Assembly: GCA_002328485.1 (NCBI GenBank)
Contig: DCUF01000009.1
Location: 1-48,453, forward strand
Reading direction: 5' to 3'
Length of the DNA: 48,453 nt
Origin: Deltaproteobacteria bacterium UBA2221
Lineage (GTDB): Bacteria; Desulfobacterota; Syntrophorhabdia; Syntrophorhabdales; WCHB1-27
Shown here: positions 37,547 through 45,661 of the stretch, piece after piece
Position numbering within the stretch: position 1 is the stretch's first letter
Layout of the letters: each line of letters begins with the position of its first letter
The notes under the pieces: generated by a model
Told to the model about the DNA's origin: nothing
The model's input: only the letters and a program-made list of their open reading frames with translations
Database searches by the model: none
Translations under genes and position numbers: made by a program

Positions 37547-38755
37547 TCACAGGGCCTCAATAAGATAATCAATGTCCCTCTCGGTATGCTCACCAGAAAC
37601 CTGAAATCGGATTTCCTCGCTCCCCCTTGGTACGACGGGATAGCTAAGCCCTGTTGCCAAAATATTACGATCAAAGAGCTGTTGGACCAGATCCCGGGTC
37701 TTTGCGGTATCACGAATCAGAAGGGGAACGATAGGATGTTCTCCCGGGATGGTTTCATAACCGCGTCTCTGAAAGCCGGTCCGCAGGCGGGTCGCAAGGT
37801 CTCTGACCTTGGAGAGTAGGCAGGTACCTTCACTGCTGTCGAGGATCGTCACTGCTTCGAGGGCGGCGGCGGCCTCCGAGGGGGTGATAGGATTGGAATA
37901 GATGTAGAAGGGAGACATCTCCCTCAAGTAGTCTATGACGGTCTTCCCGGCCACCGCGTAACCGCCGTTTACGCCAAGAGCCTTACCTAATGTGGCGATG
38001 AGAATGTCGGCGCGAGACGCTGTCTTCTCTTCAGTGCCGCGGCCGCTTACACCCAGGGCCCCAACCCCGTGGGAGTCGTCGACCACGGTAATCACCCCCT
38101 CATCGAAACGTGCCTGGTAACACTCGCAGACTGCACCAATCTTGTCCAGGGGGGCGTGGTCTCCACGCATGCTGAAGACGCCGTCGGTAACCACAATCAC
38201 CCGCTTCACCTCTCCCGCGTACTGTTCCAGGATGGCCCTTAACCGGGTTACGTCCAGGTGTTCATAGATCGCCTTTGCCCCAGGCTGGGCGAGGCGAATG
38301 GCGTTAATAATACTGTTGTGATTGAGGCTGTCACTCACCACCAGGGTCTCACTGGTGATAAGCTGGGGCAGAACTCCCATGACCGTGGCATAGGCAGCGC
38401 TGAACACCATACCTGCCTCCCGCCCATGAAAAGCCGCGAGACGCTCTTCCAGTTGGGTGTGGAGCTCAAAGGTACCACTGATAAAACGAACTGAACCGGG
38501 TCCTGTACCAAAGCGCCGTGCCGCTTTCTCTTCCGCCGCTATCACCCGCGGATCGTGGTTGAGGCCGAGATACGCATTGGCGTTCATCCGCAAGAAGGCC
38601 CTATCTCCTTGACCTTTCAGAAGATATCTCGGGCCGAAGCCATCACCGGGCTGCCGGCGGTCCACGATGACCCGTTCGTCTCCTTTCAGCGGGCCGCTCT
38701 GGGTTGCTTGGTAGAGTTTCGCCTCCAGCAGGGGCCTGAGCTTATCGAGCGGCAT
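37547..38755 (-). CDS. kbl: glycine C-acetyltransferase (2-amino-3-ketobutyrate CoA ligase)
   Basis: NAYLGL, GSVRFISGT, DSLNHNSII, DGVFSMRG, DDSHG, TLGKALG, YPVVP. Overlaps tdh by 14 nt. Confidence 0.88.
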   Translation of the reverse strand: MPLDKLRPLLEAKLYQATQSGPLKGDERVIVDRRQPGDGFGPRYLLKGQGDRAFLRMNANAYLGLNHDPRVIAAEEKAARRFGTGPGSVRFISGTFELHTQLEERLAAFHGREAGMVFSAAYATVMGVLPQLITSETLVVSDSLNHNSIINAIRLAQPGAKAIYEHLDVTRLRAILEQYAGEVKRVIVVTDGVFSMRGDHAPLDKIGAVCECYQARFDEGVITVVDDSHGVGALGVSGRGTEEKTASRADILIATLGKALGVNGGYAVAGKTVIDYLREMSPFYIYSNPITPSEAAAALEAVTILDSSEGTCLLSKVRDLATRLRTGFQRRGYETIPGEHPIVPLLIRDTAKTRDLVQQLFDRNILATGLSYPVVPRGSEEIRFQVSGEHTERDIDYLIEAL

Positions 38756-39722
38756 GGTCGTCCTCCTTTGGTTCTGCCAGTTTGACTGCCAGGTGTGCAA
38801 GCATCTCCTGCGTGGTGGTGACAAGATCGTAATGGGGCTCCCAGCCCCACTCGGCGCGCGCCGCGCTATCATCCATATACCGGGGCCAGGAATCGGCGAT
38901 GGCCTGGCGGGTGGGGTCGATATCATATTCGATGGTGAAGTCAGGTATGGACCTGCGGATCTGCACTGTCAACTCCTCAGGCGTGAAGTTCATGGCCGTC
39001 ACATTGTAGGCGTTGCGATGGATGAGTTTCTCGTCGTCAGCCTCCATCAGCATCATGATCGCTCGAATGGCGTCGGGCATATACATCATGTCGAGTCGTG
39101 AATCGGGCTTGAGAAAACAACAATACCGGCCTTCGGTCAGGGCGGCATAGAAGATCTCCACTGCATAGTCGGTAGTTCCGCCTCCGGGCAACGTCTTGTA
39201 GGAAATGAGGCCAGGGAGGCGCAGGCCGCGGACGTCAACGCCGAAGCGGTGGTAATAATAGTCGCACAGCAACTCACCGGCAAGTTTCGTGATGCCGTAG
39301 ATCGTGTTGGGACGCTGGATTGTAACCTGTGGGGTATTCTCCAGCGGCGTACCAGGGCCGAAGGCCCCAATAGAACTGGGAAAGAATACGGCACAGCCGA
39401 ATTGGAGGGCAGTTTCCAGGACCTTGTACAAACCGCCCATGTTTATCTCCCATGCCAGTTGAGGTCTCTGTTCAGCCACGACCGAGAGCACGGATGCCAG
39501 ATGAAAAATCGTGTCGATCCGGCTTTCCCTGACCGTCTGTTCAAGCCATTCAGCGTCCCGGATGTCCATGGCGCAATAGGGTCCGCTTTCCCGGAGATCA
39601 CACTCAGGCCGACGTTGGTGTCCCGCAGCGATTACGTTGGCCTCACCGTATGCGTGCCTGAGGGCAATCGTCAATTCGGACCCGATCTGACCCGTAGCGC
39701 CGGTGACCAGTATTCTTTTCAT
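38742..39722 (-). CDS. tdh: L-threonine 3-dehydrogenase (SDR/epimerase type)
   Basis: GATGQIG, PSSIGAFG, YGITK, signature PGGGTTDYAV, MMYMPD, RQAIADSWP. Confidence 0.9.
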   Translation of the reverse strand: MKRILVTGATGQIGSELTIALRHAYGEANVIAAGHQRRPECDLRESGPYCAMDIRDAEWLEQTVRESRIDTIFHLASVLSVVAEQRPQLAWEINMGGLYKVLETALQFGCAVFFPSSIGAFGPGTPLENTPQVTIQRPNTIYGITKLAGELLCDYYYHRFGVDVRGLRLPGLISYKTLPGGGTTDYAVEIFYAALTEGRYCCFLKPDSRLDMMYMPDAIRAIMMLMEADDEKLIHRNAYNVTAMNFTPEELTVQIRRSIPDFTIEYDIDPTRQAIADSWPRYMDDSAARAEWGWEPHYDLVTTTQEMLAHLAVKLAEPKEDDHAAR

Positions 39723-39783
39723 CGATCAGTGACCAACCTCGTGAAACGTCATCACCCACTCAAATCATATGTCTTCCCCGGTC

Positions 39784-39798
39784 GAAAGCCTTATGCCA
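39784..39798 (-). promoter_or_regulatory. candidate sigma54 promoter of the tdh-kbl-grd cluster
   Basis: Minus strand TGGCATAAGGCTTTC about 60 nt upstream of tdh, with an AT-rich tract directly upstream. Confidence 0.4.
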
Positions 39799-40116
39799 GC
39801 CCCTAAAAGAAATGTAGCTCAATTTTAGATTATTGACTATTGGCAAAAAGTCCCTTTCCCTGAGGGAGCATAGAATCGTAATCATCCTGTAAATCCCCTG
39901 GGATTCCCCCAGCGACCACGATCGAAGTCGTGGCCTGCCTCTCCTTTCCAACACTTTAGGTGTGACCCATATGGGACAGATCTTTGATAAGCAGGTTTTC
40001 TTCAATTCATCTTGGAGAAAAAGGAGAGACCACTGATCGGCTGTATTGACGTCGAAAGCAGGAGGTATTAGTTTTGGTCAAAAGAATATTCTTTCGTGCC
40101 GACTAAGGAGAGAGCC

Positions 40117-40365
40117 ATGTTAAAGAATATTAATTACAATATCTTGGAAACCATTACGTTAATCTCAAAGAGCCTTTACCGGTATGAGTCCTATATCAAA
40201 GATGCCGCCGACTGCAAGGCCTGTCAGGAGCTATGGTCAATGTTCAAAGAACAGAGGGAAAAGGAACTCACCATGCTCCTTACGGAACTAAAGAGGCATA
40301 TGGACGAGGGACTGATTTCTTTTGAAGGGATTGACAGCCGCTGGTTAACGGGCATCACAGAGTAA
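40117..40365 (+). CDS. small helical hypothetical protein with CxxC
   Basis: SD AAGGAG; NYNILE...SLYRYESYIKDA..CKACQELW...ELKRH. Confidence 0.75.
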   Translation: MLKNINYNILETITLISKSLYRYESYIKDAADCKACQELWSMFKEQREKELTMLLTELKRHMDEGLISFEGIDSRWLTGITE

Positions 40366-40708
40366 CAGGTTCTCGTTTCAACCTTAGAACCGACTATTTT
40401 TGACGGGTTCTCCTCGCCAATATCTGCTTCATCACCGGCCATCACCAGGGTAATACCCACGGGGTGGACGTATCGCAAAGGAGAGGGAATCAACACTGAT
40501 TTCTCCTATCCGAGGTTGAGAAGACACAAAGCTGCTGGGGAGGCGTCCGTGTCTGAAGGTTCTCGCGGGGATGGCCCGATTCAAGCCTGCAATGTCTCTC
40601 CCTCACCGGCGGGCATTGCTTGTTCGTTGTAATGTAGCCCCACACTCGTCACGCCTCCATAAAGATGGGTACAACAACCACATAATCTATCGGCTTCTGC
40701 CGCGAGAA

Positions 40709-40755
40709 GGGGAGGCTCCGCGAGCTTCGCTCGTGGAGGGGCGACGTGAGCCCCC
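40709..40755. repeat. REP-like GC-rich palindromic element
   Basis: CTCCGCGAGC-TTC-GCTCGTGGAG hairpin within GGGG...CCCCC ends. Single copy seen in this window. Confidence 0.4.
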
Positions 40756-40841
40756 ATAAAAGAACGGTTTGCAAACCATGCTGTTTTTTATTAGAATTAG
40801 GCGGTTGACAGACCACTTCACCTATCAATGGCTCATTTTAG

Positions 40842-40850
40842 TGCTATAAT
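40842..40850 (+). promoter_or_regulatory. extended -10 promoter of the liv operon
   Basis: TG-C-TATAAT, implying a leader of about 170 nt before livK. Confidence 0.6.
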
Positions 40851-40866
40851 CCGACCCCTCTCCAGG

Positions 40867-41002
40867 GGACGAAACCGTCAAAAGAGCCAAAGCACGCTTC
40901 ATGCAATGTTCGGGATGCCAAACGATGAAACAGTCCGTCGAGGATGTGGCCGGGAGGAAGGTCCGGCGGTTTCGTCCGTATACCCTGTTTCGTATACGGA
41001 CG
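40867..41002 (+). ncRNA. candidate cis-regulatory RNA (riboswitch-like) in the livK leader
   Basis: A 13-bp closing stem (40867-79/40965-77) and a competing 11-bp hairpin (40973-83/40992-41002). Confidence 0.4.
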
Positions 41003-41027
41003 CAGGCGGCAAAGGAGGAAGGTTACC

Positions 41028-42155
41028 ATGAAAAGATTTATGGCCGTTGCACTGGTGCTCTTGATCGCCGCAACGATGCCCTTCACGGTTTGCGCTAAGG
41101 AAACTATCAAACTGGGGTTCATCACGCCTTTGACCGGCGACGTCAAGACCTACGGTGAATCCTCCAAGAATGCCTTTCTTCTTGCCCTCGAGCAGTACGG
41201 CAAGACGGGAAGGTATGCCATCAACCCTGTGATCGCCGACGATAGAAACGACCCCACCGAAGGGGCAAATGCTGCCCTGAAGCTGATCACCCAGGACAAA
41301 GTGCTCGCCCTCGTCGGGCCGCTCACGTCCAAGGTTTCCATACCGGTCAGCGAGATCTGTGAAAAATATAGGATACCGATGGTTACCGGTGCCGCAACAA
41401 ATCCCAAGGTCACCGTCTATGACGGCCGAAGAAAAGGCTACATATTCAGGGCCTGCTTTATTGATCCCTTTCAGGGGGGTATAGCTGCCAACTTCGCCCT
41501 GTCCAACCTCAAGGCAAAGACGGCCGCCGTTCTTTTCGACGTGGGCAACGACTACTCCAAAGGCCTGGCCGAAGTATTCCGCGCCACCTTTGTTAAAGGC
41601 AAAGGGAACGTCGTGGCCTATGAGTCCTATCAGAAGGATGATGTGGATTTTTCGGCCCTTGTCTCGAAGGTTGGGTTGAAGAAGCCGGATGTTTTGTACA
41701 TACCCGACTATTACAACAAGGTAGTGCTCATCGCACGCCAGGTACGGGAGAGGGGCATCAAATCACCTATGCTGGGAGGAGACGGATGGGATTCTCCAGA
41801 GTTGCTGAAGGCCGGGAATACCATCATGGGCAACTATTTCACGAATCACTACTCCGTTCAAAGCAAAGACCCGACAACACGCCAGTTTATCGCTCGCTAC
41901 AAGGCAAAATACGGCGTCCTTCCCGATGCCCTTGCCGCCCTTACCTACGACGCTACTCGCATCATGCTGCAAGCCCTGGATACAGCAAAGCGGCCCTCGG
42001 GCGATGAAATGAAAGTCGTTCTCTCCGGTCTCAGGAACTTCAAAGGTGCCACAGGCACGATCCGTTTTGACAAGAATGGCGACGCCGTCAAGTCGGCCGT
42101 GGTGTTGAAGGTGGAGAAAGATGGGTTCGGCTATGTGACAACAGTCAATCCTTAA
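41028..42155 (+). CDS. livK: branched-chain/neutral amino acid ABC transporter substrate-binding protein
   Basis: SD AAGGAGG, signal peptide, IKLG...PLTG, FRACFIDPFQG, DYSKGL, GGDGWD. Confidence 0.88.
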   Translation: MKRFMAVALVLLIAATMPFTVCAKETIKLGFITPLTGDVKTYGESSKNAFLLALEQYGKTGRYAINPVIADDRNDPTEGANAALKLITQDKVLALVGPLTSKVSIPVSEICEKYRIPMVTGAATNPKVTVYDGRRKGYIFRACFIDPFQGGIAANFALSNLKAKTAAVLFDVGNDYSKGLAEVFRATFVKGKGNVVAYESYQKDDVDFSALVSKVGLKKPDVLYIPDYYNKVVLIARQVRERGIKSPMLGGDGWDSPELLKAGNTIMGNYFTNHYSVQSKDPTTRQFIARYKAKYGVLPDALAALTYDATRIMLQALDTAKRPSGDEMKVVLSGLRNFKGATGTIRFDKNGDAVKSAVVLKVEKDGFGYVTTVNP

Positions 42156-42182
42156 GGCCGGGTCCCACGTCTCAGAAAAAGA

Positions 42183-43073
42183 ATGGAGCTTCTTTCTTAC
42201 ATACTGGAACAGGCGATAAACGGGCTTCAGATAGGCGCGGTGTACGCCCTTATCGCCCTCGGCTATACCATGGTTTACGGGGTGCTGAGGCTCATCAACT
42301 TCGCTCACGGCGACATCTTCATGTTCGGGTCCTTTACGGCCTACTTTCTCATCTCAAAATGGCATCTGCCCATCTATCTGGTCTTCCCCATAACCGTTTT
42401 TGCCACCGCCCTTCTCGGCTATGCCGTCGAGAAGATTGCCTATAAGCCGCTCCGTTCCGCTCCCAGGATATCACTTCTCATCACGGCCGTCGGGGTTTCC
42501 CTCTTCCTGGAGTATTTTTTGAGCCTAAAAGGCCTCTTCGGTCCTGACTACATCGCCTTTCCGCGCCCCTTCGATGTCCGGGTGTTCGATCTCAAACTCT
42601 TCTCCGTCACCAACATTCAACTCATCATCTTCTCTGTAACGGCCGTCTCCCTCCTGCTCCTCTACCTCCTGGTCTACAAAACTCGCCAGGGCCGGGCCAT
42701 GCGGGCCGTCTCCCACGACCCGGAGGTCGCAGCATTGATGGGCATCAATATTGATGGAATCATATCGTTCACATTCATCGTGGGGACAGGGCTCGCCGGA
42801 ATCGGGGGTATCCTCTATGCCTTTGCCTACCCTCAGATAAACGTCTTTATGGGCATCATGCCAGGCATAAAATCCTTCATAGCCGCGGTCCTGGGCGGCA
42901 TTGGTCTCATTCACGGGGCAGTTGTGGGCGGCATCATCATCGGTGTGCTTGAGGTGTTTGTCTCCGCCTTTCTGTCGTCCACCTTCCGGGATGGCGTCAT
43001 ATTTATTGTCCTGCTCCTCGTACTGCTTTTGAGACCAAATGGGTTGTTCGGACGAAGGATCGAGAAGCTATGA
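42183..43073 (+). CDS. livH: LIV ABC transporter permease
   Basis: YALIALGYTMVYGVLRLINFAHGD, GRAMRAVS, AAVLGGIG. Confidence 0.92.
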   Translation: MELLSYILEQAINGLQIGAVYALIALGYTMVYGVLRLINFAHGDIFMFGSFTAYFLISKWHLPIYLVFPITVFATALLGYAVEKIAYKPLRSAPRISLLITAVGVSLFLEYFLSLKGLFGPDYIAFPRPFDVRVFDLKLFSVTNIQLIIFSVTAVSLLLLYLLVYKTRQGRAMRAVSHDPEVAALMGINIDGIISFTFIVGTGLAGIGGILYAFAYPQINVFMGIMPGIKSFIAAVLGGIGLIHGAVVGGIIIGVLEVFVSAFLSSTFRDGVIFIVLLLVLLLRPNGLFGRRIEKL

Positions 43074-44032
43074 GATTCCTTCGGGAGGCACAACGTTTTC
43101 TCTTCTTTTCCGCACTGGCATACGTGCTGCTGAAAGGCCTTTTTGTATCGGGCTGCGCTACCGATTATGTACAGCAGGTAATCATCTACAGCTTTATTGT
43201 CATACTCGTCTCTCTCGGACTCAACGTCATTTATGGGTATACCGGTCAGTTTTCGCTCGGTCACGCGGCATTTTACGGCATCGGAGCCTATGCGTCGGCC
43301 TATTTCACTTCCGCCCTCGGGGTCACGGGACCGTTCCTTTTCCTTCCGGCCCTTCTCGTGGGGGGCCTAAGTGCAGCCCTGATCGGTTGCCTGATCGGCG
43401 CACCTATCCTCAGGCTTCGGGATGATTTTCTGGCCATCGCCACCTTGGGGTTTGGCATCCTCGTCAGGGTGGTTCTCGACAATTCAGACAGACTCTCGGA
43501 ACGGCTCGGGGGCGCGCGGGGGTTTTTGGGTATCCCTCAGATCACCAATCTGGAATGGGGTCTGATTGCCCTCGTCTTTGTCGTACTTGTGACGAGAAAC
43601 CTGATTTTTTCCCGTTATGGCCTCTTCTGGCAATGTATCAAGGGGGATGAGCTGGCTTCGGCTGCGTGTGGCATCAACACAGCGCGGATGAAACTGATGG
43701 CCTTCATGTATGGCTGTTTCCTGGCGGGAATCGGCGGTGCCCTCTACGCTCACCTCTACCCGTTTCTCCACCCATCCAATTTCGACTTTTTGAAGTCCAT
43801 CGACTTTTTGATCATCGTTATTGTCGGTGGGATGGGAAGCATTACGGGGACCATATGGGCTGGGATCATCTGGGTGGCCTTCATCGAAGGCCTCAGGGTT
43901 GTCTTGCCGTCCCAGGTCCTGGAGCTCAGATGGGTTCTCATCCCTGTTCTTTTGATCATCCTCATGATGTGGAAACCAACGGGTCTCATGGCCGAAAGGG
44001 AATCAAAGCTTCTCGGGCTGGACAAGCCATGA
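43070..44032 (+). CDS. livM: LIV ABC transporter permease
   Basis: GYTGQFSLGHAAFYGIGAY, LRLRDDFLAIATLGFG, GGMGS. Confidence 0.92.
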   Translation: MRFLREAQRFLFFSALAYVLLKGLFVSGCATDYVQQVIIYSFIVILVSLGLNVIYGYTGQFSLGHAAFYGIGAYASAYFTSALGVTGPFLFLPALLVGGLSAALIGCLIGAPILRLRDDFLAIATLGFGILVRVVLDNSDRLSERLGGARGFLGIPQITNLEWGLIALVFVVLVTRNLIFSRYGLFWQCIKGDELASAACGINTARMKLMAFMYGCFLAGIGGALYAHLYPFLHPSNFDFLKSIDFLIIVIVGGMGSITGTIWAGIIWVAFIEGLRVVLPSQVLELRWVLIPVLLIILMMWKPTGLMAERESKLLGLDKP

Positions 44033-44802
44033 ACAACGCACTCCACGTCCACGGTGTAAGCAAAAGTTTCGGCGGTGTCCTCGCCGTGGATAACATCTCC
44101 CTTTCTGTACGGGAGGGCGAGACAATCGGCATCATCGGACCCAACGGCGCGGGTAAGACAACCCTCTTCAACCTGATCACCGGTTTCTACTCCTGCGACT
44201 CAGGCCGCCTCCGTTACTTTGAGAAGGACATTACCGGATTGCCACCCCATCGGCTGGCCCATCTCGGTATCTCCAGAACCTTTCAGAACCTAAGACTCTT
44301 CGGTAACCTTTCAGTGGAGATGAACATCGCAGCCGCTCTCCTCACCAGGAACGAGTACGGCCTGCTTCCTGCCATTTTTCGGACCCACTCCTACGCTGAA
44401 AAGGAGAGGACCGTACGGGAGAAGGTCGAGGAGATGCTTCAGTTCTTCCGGTTGGAGGGGAGAAGGGGGTACGCTGCCAAAAGCCTCCCTTACGGCGAGC
44501 AGCGTCGGCTGGAGTTTGCAAGGGCCCTCGTCACCTCTCCACGACTGATGCTGATCGATGAGCCGGCAGCCGGTATGAACCCCAGGGAGATTCAGGAACT
44601 GATCTCCCTTATTGACGAGGTAAAGAAACGATTTCGTCCGGCCATGGTAATCATTGAACACCAGATGCCTCTCGTGCTGACCGTGTCCGAAAGGGTCGTT
44701 GTCATGGATTTCGGGGAGAAGATCGCCGAAGGCGCCCCCGAGGACGTTAGAAACGATCCGAAGGTTATCGAGGCCTATCTGGGGGAAAGTCCGACATGCT
44801 GA
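44029..44802 (+). CDS. livG: LIV ABC transporter ATP-binding protein
   Basis: GPNGAGKTT, RTFQN, LPYGEQRRLE, DEPAAG, VIEAYLG. ATG 44029 overlaps the livM stop. Confidence 0.92.
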   Translation: MNNALHVHGVSKSFGGVLAVDNISLSVREGETIGIIGPNGAGKTTLFNLITGFYSCDSGRLRYFEKDITGLPPHRLAHLGISRTFQNLRLFGNLSVEMNIAAALLTRNEYGLLPAIFRTHSYAEKERTVREKVEEMLQFFRLEGRRGYAAKSLPYGEQRRLEFARALVTSPRLMLIDEPAAGMNPREIQELISLIDEVKKRFRPAMVIIEHQMPLVLTVSERVVVMDFGEKIAEGAPEDVRNDPKVIEAYLGESPTC

Positions 44803-45506
44803 TCAAGGTATGCGGCCTACGGGCGGCCTACGGGGCGGTAGAAGTCCTCCATGGGATCGATATAGAGGCGGATCGGGGTGAGGTGCTATCCATAATCGGC
44901 GCAAATGGGGCTGGGAAGACCACCCTTCTCAAGACCATCGCCGGGGTGGTAAGGGCTACTTCAGGGGAGATCATCTACGAGGAGAAGAAGATCACCAACG
45001 AACGGTCCGACCGGATTGTGAGAACAGGTATAGCCCTCGTACCGGAAGGGAGGCGTGTCTTCCCCGACTTGACCGTCCGCGACAATCTGAGGTTAGGCGC
45101 CTATACCCTGAGAAACCGGAGGCTGAAGAAAGACCTGCTGGATCTTGTGCTGGAGACCTTCCCCAAACTCCGTGAACGGCTGTGGCAGCATGCCGGAACC
45201 CTGTCAGGAGGCGAACAACAGATGTTGGCAGTCGGACGGGCGATCATGGCAAATCCCCGGCTTCTGCTTCTTGACGAACCGTCTATGGGGTTGTCACCCT
45301 TGATGACTCAGGAGATCTTCTCATTGGTCCGAAAGATCAATAGCGAGAAAGCTATATCCATGATTCTTGTCGAGCAGAACGCCCACATGGCTCTCGAATT
45401 CTCCCACCGGACCTATGTCCTGGAAAATGGCGCCATCGTCATGTCTGGTGAATCCTCCAAAGTGAAATCCGATCCCGCGGTCCTGGCCGCCTATTTTGGT
45501 GGTTGA
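44796..45506 (+). CDS. livF: LIV ABC transporter ATP-binding protein
   Basis: GANGAGKTT, VPEGRRVF, LSGGEQQMLA, DEPSMGL, VEQNA. Confidence 0.93.
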   Translation: MLIKVCGLRAAYGAVEVLHGIDIEADRGEVLSIIGANGAGKTTLLKTIAGVVRATSGEIIYEEKKITNERSDRIVRTGIALVPEGRRVFPDLTVRDNLRLGAYTLRNRRLKKDLLDLVLETFPKLRERLWQHAGTLSGGEQQMLAVGRAIMANPRLLLLDEPSMGLSPLMTQEIFSLVRKINSEKAISMILVEQNAHMALEFSHRTYVLENGAIVMSGESSKVKSDPAVLAAYFGG

Positions 45507-45601
45507 GGGATGCTCGCGCTGAATGGCGGACGGCTGCATGACAGTGAGAAGTTGCGTCCACTTTTCGCTCTCGCTCTCTATCCCGCCCTCTCTTTCGCAA
45601 A

Positions 45602-45617
45602 AGGCACGATCGTTGCA
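45602..45617 (+). promoter_or_regulatory. sigma54 promoter of the histidine kinase gene
   Basis: AGGCACGATCGTTGCA matches GGCACG-N4-TTGCA. Confidence 0.6.
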
Positions 45618-45661
45618 GGCAAATAATCACGGACGCCTCTCCAAAAGACAAGGGTATTGTC

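Noticed and set aside
39845-39950. Glycine-riboswitch-like words on the minus strand upstream of tdh (GGAGAG ... CTCAGG)
   Set aside because: The conserved CCGAAG core is absent (CTGGGG instead), and the region lies upstream of the candidate sigma54 promoter.
40860-40880. GACGAAAC resembles a hammerhead ribozyme core
   Set aside because: There is no CTGANGA segment in a compatible position.
40948-40970. GGGAGGAAGGTCCGG resembles the RNase P RNA motif GAGGAAAGTCC
   Set aside because: None of the other RNase P conserved blocks follow, and livK starts 60 nt later.
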